Shown: one piece after another, positions 47,408-54,389 of the stretch | Layout of the letters: each line of letters starts with the position of its first letter | Numbering within the stretch: the first letter of the stretch is position 1 | Assembly (NCBI GenBank): GCA_031269795.1 | Contig: JAISYR010000004.1 | Span: forward strand, 2,458-66,457 | Direction of reading: 5' to 3' | Length of the DNA: 64,000 nucleotides | Source of the DNA: Puniceicoccales bacterium | GTDB lineage: Bacteria; Verrucomicrobiota; Verrucomicrobiia; Opitutales; JAIRKQ01 | The notes under the pieces: generated by a model | What the model was told of the DNA's origin: nothing | The model's input: the letters and a program-made list of their open reading frames with translations, nothing else | The model's database searches: none | Program-made: the position numbers and the translations under genes

Positions 47408-49357
47408 TCAAGTAACAAAATTTGCCCGTTTATCCACGTCTGTTTTCAAAAATTTCCTTATTTCTTCCAACAGAGAAGATGTGGTTTTCTTCGTTTCCTC
47501 AAGTTGAGACTTGTTGTCAACCTTTGCTTCTGCGAATAGATAAAATTTGATCTTGGGTTCTGTTCCGCTGGCTCGTAGGGCAAACTTTACATCATTTTCC
47601 AATGTTATGAAAAAGAATTGCTGGGATGGGATAACTTTCCCATCGGCATCTCGGATCGTTTGTTTGGCAAAGTCGACGATTTCCGTTACTCTGCTGTCAT
47701 CCATAAATTTCGGTGGATCTTTTTGGTAACTGGTCAAGATGTTTTTGATCTTCTGTGCTCCATCAGCTCCTTCATAGTAAATGTTTAAAACCGATTCACC
47801 AAAGTAGCCATACTTCACGTACATATCATCGCGAAGGTCAATCAGTGTTTTGCCAAACGATTTTGCATGGGCGGCTAATTCGCAGGCCATCAGACATGCA
47901 GAGTTTGCATCTTTGTCGCGAACATTGTTTGCCGACAAACAGCCGTAGCTCTCTTCGCATCCAAAAATAAATAGGGTGCTGTTTTTTTGGAGCAAATCAT
48001 TCCGCTTTGCCGTTAAAGTTTTGTCATAGTTTATGGAAATTCCCGTTGATTCATACTCATCCCTTAGCATTCTATTTTCATAGTCGAACATTTTTTCTCC
48101 GATCCATTTGAATCCTGTCAGCGTATTGATACACTTTATTCCATGCAAATCGGCGATTTTATCAATGAGAGGTGTCGTGACAAAGGTTTTTATTATGGCT
48201 ACATTTTTTGACCCTTTGGCGGGAATTTTTCGCAAAAATTTTAGCTGCGAAATTCTATACTCGGCGAGCAAAGCCCCCGTCACATTTCCCGTAAAAATTT
48301 CAAACTCCCCACTGCTGTTTTTAGCGGCAATCGCTAACCTATCGCCGTCGGGATCAGTGGCTAAAACAAGGTCCGCATTTTCTTTTTTGGCCAAGGCAAT
48401 GGCCATGTCTAGGGCTTCCCTGTTTTCCGGATTCGGAGATTTGACCGTTGAAAAGTTAGGATCTTGGTCGTTTTGCTCCTCCACGACGTAATGATCGATT
48501 TTATTAGTTTTCAAAAGTGGAATCGTGGCCACGCCTCCTGTCCCATGCAGAGGGGAAAATACGGCACGTATGGGATAACTTTCCAGAAGATCTCTTCGCA
48601 AAATTGTTTCCCTAACGGCAGACTGATAGCAGGTATCAATGGACCCATCTAAAATCGTTACGCCTGTCATATCCTTCTTACAAAATTGACAAATAGCATC
48701 CATTGTCACACTATTGAACTCCGCTATTACTCCGGATGCATGGGGATCAACCATCTGTGCACCATCGAAAAAATAAGCCTTAAACCCATTATCATGCCAC
48801 GGGTTATGGCTTGCAGTTATCATGATGCCAGCCGTGCAACCTAAATGGCGTACGCTGAAGCTTAATTGTGGAGTAGACCGTGGAGATGCGTAAATCATGG
48901 CATGGCCTCCCAGATTTTTCCATGTGGAAGCAGCCAATTCTCCAAAATGTTTAGAAAAATGCCTTACATCGTAGGCAATTACGACCGATGGCAATTCGTA
49001 GGCTCGACTATTGTTTTTCAAAAATTTTAAACAATATTTAAATAGTGCGATCGTTGCCCCAATGATATTGAAATCGTTCAAGTATGCCGTTCCAACGGCG
49101 GCGAAATCTGGACTGTTGGTCTTAGAATTTCCACGCTCGGGTCTGGTAACTACCTCTGGGATTGTTCGGCTGCGCATGCCTCCAGTTCCAAATTCCAATG
49201 TCCTGAAAAATCTATTATTAATCTCATCGACAAGCTGCCGGGCGACTAGTTCATCTATGGATTGACGTGCCCAGGTGGGTAAATTGCCGCAATTGTACAC
49301 GCGTGTCATATTTTTGGCCGTCGCGGCTAGCACATTATCTCTCAAAAACCTTTCCAT
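47408..49357 (-). CDS. phosphoglucomutase/phosphomannomutase family phospho-sugar mutase
   Basis: Active-site serine loop ITASHNPWHDNGFK, metal loop ATDPDGDRLA and sugar-binding GCEESYG. 649-aa ORF; the start is uncertain. Confidence 0.9.
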   Translation of the reverse strand: MERFLRDNVLAATAKNMTRVYNCGNLPTWARQSIDELVARQLVDEINNRFFRTLEFGTGGMRSRTIPEVVTRPERGNSKTNSPDFAAVGTAYLNDFNIIGATIALFKYCLKFLKNNSRAYELPSVVIAYDVRHFSKHFGELAASTWKNLGGHAMIYASPRSTPQLSFSVRHLGCTAGIMITASHNPWHDNGFKAYFFDGAQMVDPHASGVIAEFNSVTMDAICQFCKKDMTGVTILDGSIDTCYQSAVRETILRRDLLESYPIRAVFSPLHGTGGVATIPLLKTNKIDHYVVEEQNDQDPNFSTVKSPNPENREALDMAIALAKKENADLVLATDPDGDRLAIAAKNSSGEFEIFTGNVTGALLAEYRISQLKFLRKIPAKGSKNVAIIKTFVTTPLIDKIADLHGIKCINTLTGFKWIGEKMFDYENRMLRDEYESTGISINYDKTLTAKRNDLLQKNSTLFIFGCEESYGCLSANNVRDKDANSACLMACELAAHAKSFGKTLIDLRDDMYVKYGYFGESVLNIYYEGADGAQKIKNILTSYQKDPPKFMDDSRVTEIVDFAKQTIRDADGKVIPSQQFFFITLENDVKFALRASGTEPKIKFYLFAEAKVDNKSQLEETKKTTSSLLEEIRKFLKTDVDKRANFVT

Positions 49358-49470
49358 AGCAGCGTCTCAATGGAATTACTTTTTTTCAAAAAAGAAAGCT
49401 AAAAATAAAGTGTTTGGTTAGCGTTAAAAATTTCATTTAATTATTCTCCATTGAGTCTTATCAAAAGCAT

Positions 49471-50640
49471 ATGAATGACGATGGTGTAAAAAAATTGTTC
49501 GACAAAGTGAGTGTTTTGGAGGTTGCAGATTTGCGAAACTTGATAAAACATTTATGGAAACAACGGGAATTTTTCAAAAAGACTTTCGATATTATCCGGG
49601 ATAGTATCGTTGTGATCAACGCCAAGGGAGAAATTTTTTACTGTAACCAGTCAGCATGTGATTTGTTGGGTATTAGCAACTTGAAACAATCGAATGTTTT
49701 GTGGAAATATATTCCTGAATTCGTCGTGTTTTCCGATTTGGACATGTCGTCGATTGGTACAAGCAATTCTTTCCTTTCCAAGGAAATTAAAATTTCATAT
49801 CCACGCAAAAGCATATTAAATGTGACTGTTACCCATTATAGCAATTGCGACGATAATGAAGAGCTGTTTGTTCTGAGGATCGTTGATATTACGGAGGAAC
49901 GTGCTTTGTCGGAAAAGATGTTAAACGATGAAAAAATTTCATCGGTCACACTCCTTGCCAGTGCCGTTGCCCATGAAATAGGAAATCCGCTAAATGCCAT
50001 CAACCTTCGTTTACAATTGATGCAACGCCAGTGTAAGTCCCTGAAAAATGTCGATGAACGTATGAAATTGGAAACCTCGGCAGGAATTTGTTTGGATGAA
50101 ATTGCCAGATTGGATAGCATTGTTAGGAATTTTTTACATGCGATCCGTCCCCAAAAGCCGAAATTTACCGGTCTTCCGCTGGGCAAAGTTATGGAGGATA
50201 CCATTGATCTAATGGAGGCAGAATTTAAATCTTTAAACATAGAAGTTGTCAATCGCATTGGTCCATTGCCACTAATTTTCGGGGATTATTCTCAATTGAA
50301 GCAAGTTTTTTTCAATGTTTTAAAGAATTCCTGTGAGGCAATTTCCAGTGGTGGTACGATAGTAATTGAAGGGTCTGCCAATGACAATGATGTCATTTTG
50401 GTATTTACGGACAATGGTGTTGGAATTCCCTGTGACCTCTTGACTAAGATTTTTCAGCCATATTTTTCCACCAAAAAGGAAGGAAATGGCTTAGGAATGG
50501 TAATAATTGAAAGAATTCTCAGGGAGCACGGAGCAACCATCGACATCGCGAGTGCTAAAGATGTTGGAACGAAGATTTCCATTAATTTTCCAAGAAAGGA
50601 TAGATGTATGCCCCTCCTGAGCACAGACAATGATTCCTGA
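49471..50640 (+). CDS. cytoplasmic PAS-domain sensor histidine kinase (NtrB/AtoS-like)
   Basis: PAS-like N-terminus, H-box AHEIGNPLNAI, N-box FNVLKNSCEA, G1 DNGVGI and G2 GNGLGM. No transmembrane segments. Confidence 0.88.
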   Translation: MNDDGVKKLFDKVSVLEVADLRNLIKHLWKQREFFKKTFDIIRDSIVVINAKGEIFYCNQSACDLLGISNLKQSNVLWKYIPEFVVFSDLDMSSIGTSNSFLSKEIKISYPRKSILNVTVTHYSNCDDNEELFVLRIVDITEERALSEKMLNDEKISSVTLLASAVAHEIGNPLNAINLRLQLMQRQCKSLKNVDERMKLETSAGICLDEIARLDSIVRNFLHAIRPQKPKFTGLPLGKVMEDTIDLMEAEFKSLNIEVVNRIGPLPLIFGDYSQLKQVFFNVLKNSCEAISSGGTIVIEGSANDNDVILVFTDNGVGIPCDLLTKIFQPYFSTKKEGNGLGMVIIERILREHGATIDIASAKDVGTKISINFPRKDRCMPLLSTDNDS

Positions 50641-50698
50641 GAATCCCATGTACAAAATGTATTGCCATAGCAAAAATTTTTATTCATTAAAAACGCGG

Positions 50699-51325
50699 AT
50701 GTCCCGTAAAAAATATGATTTCATCTCCCTACTTATCTCCGCGGTGTTTGTAGTTTTGTGTATCCTATGCATAACCCCCGATGGAGCTATTAGTTTGAAA
50801 AAACAAACAAGAGTACCGTACATATCCATGGTGAAGGGGAACACATACATTGAACAGAGTTTTTCGGCCGGTTTTTTTTTACCAACGAGCCATAATGCCC
50901 ATTGCCGTGCCACAATACCAACCCTAAAATATGCCGTGGAGGTATTGGGCGTAAGGAGCATAGATGTTTTCAATGGAAGAGAAAAATCGACCATCGTATC
51001 CACAATCGATTTACTACAAAATATCATGCCCTACAACATCCTCAGTGGCATACACATTTCAGAAGTACGGGCGTTAGCGGATGTGGATCTAAATGTGGTA
51101 ACCGATGGGATATTTTGTGAAAATATCATGACGGGCGATCGGTATAATGTAAGTTGTCAAAACATCGATGGTGAGAACAATATTCTGCTATGCAAAATCG
51201 GTGATATGGTTTTCTCATCTCCCAGTGAATTTTCTCAAATTCTATCGGCGAAGGAAAATTTCTTGGATGATAGGCTTAGGGATACAAAATTTTTGCGACT
51301 AAAACTTTTCCAACGGGAGCACTAG
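50699..51325 (+). CDS. hypothetical membrane-anchored protein
   Basis: Start set at MSRKKYDFISLLISAVFVVLCILCI (an N-terminal transmembrane anchor). No recognised domain. Its stop (51323-51325) lies 1 nt upstream of the next gene's ATG (51327). Confidence 0.55.
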   Translation: MSRKKYDFISLLISAVFVVLCILCITPDGAISLKKQTRVPYISMVKGNTYIEQSFSAGFFLPTSHNAHCRATIPTLKYAVEVLGVRSIDVFNGREKSTIVSTIDLLQNIMPYNILSGIHISEVRALADVDLNVVTDGIFCENIMTGDRYNVSCQNIDGENNILLCKIGDMVFSSPSEFSQILSAKENFLDDRLRDTKFLRLKLFQREH

Positions 51326-51326
51326 C

Positions 51327-52238
51327 ATGAAACAAAATACAAAAACTTGGTTGCTCGTCGATGGACATAACATGGCATTTCGGTGTTTCTATGGTGTTCC
51401 ACAAATGACAACCACCTATGGGCTGCACGTCAACGCAATTTATGGATGGGTTCGATCTCTATGGAAATTGGAAGACATGGTCCAACCGGATGCCGTTTGT
51501 GTATTTTTTGATTCGGGAGGTTCGGCTGCTCGAAAGAGCATTTTATCCACATACAAGGCCAATCGAAAAGTCATGCCCGAAGAGCTCAAACGGCAACTGG
51601 AATATATGAATTTGTTATCCGTGGCCCATGGATATTACATAACCGTGAAAGAAGGCATTGAAGCGGATGACCTATTGGCCAGTTTTTCTAAAAAATTGAA
51701 CGAATGTGGGGAAACGTCATACATCGCCAGTGGAGATAAGGATTTTGCCCAATGCGTTGGGGAACATACCTTTCAGATGTTACCTCCGACCGCACAATCT
51801 AAGGGTGTTTGGCGAATCCTAGACCGATATGGGATCAAAGAGAACTTCGGTGTTTTCCCGGAACAGATCGTCGACTATTTATCACTGTTGGGCGATGCTT
51901 CCGATAACATTTTGGGAGTCGAGGGGATAGGGGCCAAAAGGGCGGAAAAATTTTTAAATCAATTTGGCAACATTGAAAATCTGTTGCAAAATCTTGACAA
52001 AATTCCCTCCGAAAAAATTAGAAAAAGTCTATCAAACTCCCTAGAGCTCATAGAACGTAACCGCGAATTGATTACTTTGCAAAAAACGATGGAATTCCAT
52101 ATCCCAGCGACGACAATTGGCAGGAGTCCCGAGGATATTTTTAATTTGCTTCAAAATTTGCAACTAAACTCTCTGCTGGCGTTGGCTCACAAAAGGTACA
52201 AAACCCCCGAACAGGCGGAATTGTTCGACATATTGTAG
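51327..52238 (+). CDS. stand-alone 5'-3' exonuclease (Pol I N-terminal / FEN-like)
   Basis: LLVDGHNMAFRCFY, SGDKDFAQ and the H3TH motif LGDASDNILGVEGIGAKRA. 303 aa with no polymerase domain. Confidence 0.9.
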   Translation: MKQNTKTWLLVDGHNMAFRCFYGVPQMTTTYGLHVNAIYGWVRSLWKLEDMVQPDAVCVFFDSGGSAARKSILSTYKANRKVMPEELKRQLEYMNLLSVAHGYYITVKEGIEADDLLASFSKKLNECGETSYIASGDKDFAQCVGEHTFQMLPPTAQSKGVWRILDRYGIKENFGVFPEQIVDYLSLLGDASDNILGVEGIGAKRAEKFLNQFGNIENLLQNLDKIPSEKIRKSLSNSLELIERNRELITLQKTMEFHIPATTIGRSPEDIFNLLQNLQLNSLLALAHKRYKTPEQAELFDIL

Positions 52239-52502
52239 GAGGATATTCGGAAAAACTTCACAAAAATGAAATCAAACGTTTGACTTTTTAAAATTACCAA
52301 ATATCCAAGTTTCTTGTCCAAGAAAATCAGGCGAGAAATTCATCTCGCCCGTGTAACTCTCATCAAACTAAATCTAACAGTAAGAGATTATCTCTCACAT
52401 GAAAGTAAGACTCAGGAAATTACGGTTTGTTCAAAAAATAAAAATTTTTTCAAATTCAGACCCATGGATCCATGGTCATCTAAAACTTTTCCATGGGATC
52501 GG

Positions 52503-52967
52503 TCACTGCCTATTATTTTTTAGTTCCAGTTCCCACAAAAAATCCTCCAGGATGATCGTTGCGGCCTGCGAATCAATGATTCCTCTACTGCGCCGTTTCC
52601 GTGTTTTAGAAGCTGATTGTTTCATGTAGAATGGCTTTTGTTCATCGATCGCCTGTTCGCTGGTTAGCCGTTCATCGACGAGATTGATTTTAATACCACC
52701 CGGCAGCCTGTCGGATAAAGTTTCTATGAACCTATCCACCTGTTTCGCCTTGTCACTCTGAGTTCCGTCCATATTTATCGGATAGCCGATGGCGATTTCA
52801 TCGATATTGTTTTCCTTCACCATTGCACAAATTTTTTCCACTTTTTCGTCATCATATTCTGTAATTATGGCTTTCATGGGAAGTGCAAGTTTGACCTCTC
52901 CGTGGTAGATACTAATTCCGATCCGCCTAGAGCCGTAATCTATGCCGAGATAATTCACATCCGCCAT
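52503..52967 (-). CDS. ruvX: Holliday junction resolvase-like protein RuvX (YqgF)
   Basis: N-terminal YLGIDYGSRRIGISI motif and a later DERLTS motif. Start set at MADVNYLGIDYG. Confidence 0.88.
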   Translation of the reverse strand: MADVNYLGIDYGSRRIGISIYHGEVKLALPMKAIITEYDDEKVEKICAMVKENNIDEIAIGYPINMDGTQSDKAKQVDRFIETLSDRLPGGIKINLVDERLTSEQAIDEQKPFYMKQSASKTRKRRSRGIIDSQAATIILEDFLWELELKNNRQ

Positions 52968-53129
52968 ATCAAAAAATTTTTCGGACATGTCAACCGCCAT
53001 ATGCTTGCCCTGGCTCAGATTCGGTCAAATTTGAGCTTTTCCAAAGATTTTAGGCAATGTTTCCCAGAAAATTTATTGAATTTATGAATTTATTGATTAG
53101 TAATTAGAAAATATAGTTCTTTGCAATTT

Positions 53130-53507
53130 GGGGGTGCCATGGATTCGATTGTGTATTGTAGGTCAACATTGCATGTCGGAGTTGACGGTCGGCTTCGTTA
53201 CCAAACCGTTAAATAAATAAATGGCAACAATGTCATAAATGTTGACTTCAGCAATGGAGTCAACAAAGCTGCAGCTTAGCCGCAGCGCATCATCCTGCCT
53301 GATGCTCGATGGGGCAGGCGTGATGTCGATCTATCGAGCGTCTCCGTGGAATTTCGCAGTGTCCCACGGGGATAATTTGCACTGCGATGGTCATAGTATG
53401 ATGTGCCGATGCATGATATTAGGATGAGAATTAATCATTGGACAAACATGTAGGCGTGTTTTTCGAAGATACACAAGACGCGGGTTCAATTCCCGCCACC
53501 TCCACCA
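53130..53507 (+). ncRNA. ssrA: transfer-messenger RNA (tmRNA)
   Basis: 5' GGGGGTG pairs with 3' CACCTCC-ACCA, including the G3:U alanine identity pair. T-arm GGGTTCAATTCCCGCC. Internal tag frame 53223-53279 encodes GNNVINVDFSNGVNKAAA-stop (typical ...AA end); the resume codon is uncertain. Confidence 0.93.
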
Positions 53508-53558
53508 GTAATAGCCATACATTTCGTTGGCAGGGATGTAAATATTTATATATTTTTG

Positions 53559-53586
53559 TTGACACAAAATTGCTGGAGCGTAAACT
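53559..53586 (+). promoter_or_regulatory. candidate sigma70-type promoter of the T3S translocator operon (TTGACA-16 nt-TAAACT)
   Basis: Perfect -35 at 53559-53564, 16-nt spacer, then TAAACT at 53581-53586. An AT-rich UP-like tract (aaatatttatatattttt) lies just upstream. About 125 nt upstream of the 53713 start. Confidence 0.45.
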
Positions 53587-53712
53587 AACCACCGTTAAGG
53601 TATGGTAATAGGCAGAGTAAATTCTTGAAACTGCCCATGGATGGCGGGGGAAAGTTTTCCTACTTTTTTACTTTATCGTTAATGTCGTTAAAAGTTTGCG
53701 GGAGGGGAACGA

Positions 53713-54354
53713 ATGGTTAATGTAAAAGCAAAGACACGGCGCAAGTCTAAGAATAGCCTGCCATCGAAGGTTAAAGATAGCCTGCCACTGGGGGCTAAAT
53801 TGGACTACAGGGAAGACGTCGACAGACTCCATGAAGATATCATGGAAAAAGTAGCTGTTTCTCAGAAAAAGGCAGAGGAAGCTCTGGCTCAAAATACAAA
53901 GTTGGCGAAACAGATACGGGATATCTTAGATAAGCAGCAGAAAGTTTTTGCCGAGCTTGGGTACAAGCCGGGCGAAGGAAATCCCGTTGTCGCAGGTTTA
54001 AAGGATAAGCTGTCGGGGATTGATGCCCTGGCAAAACTTTCCCGGGAGCACGAAATGAGGATATGTGATAGCCTTGGGCTGACCCCGAAAGATGGCTGGG
54101 AACAAGCATTTGCCAGCTTTGAAAAGCCAACAAAAACAGGAAGGACGATGGGAGAGCTTTCGAAGATTCTGCTCCGGGAGGAGAAATCTGAAAAGTCATC
54201 GGCTAGGGACCATGGAACAAAAAAATTTGTCGGAGGTGTGGAGGAATTTTCCGGGTCAAGTGCGAAAGAAAATCAAGCCAAGGATTCTTCCGACGAACGC
54301 AATTCGCAAACTTCCGGAAATACCAAACGGGTGGTAAAAAGGATGAAAATATAA
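53713..54354 (+). CDS. hypothetical highly charged protein (213 aa), first gene of T3S translocator operon
   Basis: Strong SD (GGGAGGGGAACGA-ATG). Lys/Glu-rich, predicted helical, with no signal peptide or transmembrane segment. No recognised family. Confidence 0.65.
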   Translation: MVNVKAKTRRKSKNSLPSKVKDSLPLGAKLDYREDVDRLHEDIMEKVAVSQKKAEEALAQNTKLAKQIRDILDKQQKVFAELGYKPGEGNPVVAGLKDKLSGIDALAKLSREHEMRICDSLGLTPKDGWEQAFASFEKPTKTGRTMGELSKILLREEKSEKSSARDHGTKKFVGGVEEFSGSSAKENQAKDSSDERNSQTSGNTKRVVKRMKI

Positions 54355-54389
54355 TGGATGTCAATTTTTAACAATAGGAGGGGAAGGTT

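Noticed and set aside
52314-52629. Two plus-strand ORFs (69 and 76 aa) in and beyond the exonuclease-ruvX gap.
   Set aside because: No RBS. One runs antisense into ruvX, and the peptides are low-complexity. The region is reported as non-coding with palindromes instead.
53239-53427. 62-aa plus-strand ORF (MLTSAMESTKLQLSRS...).
   Set aside because: It lies wholly inside the tmRNA gene and is out of frame with the tag-coding region. It is an artefact of ORF calling on a structured RNA.
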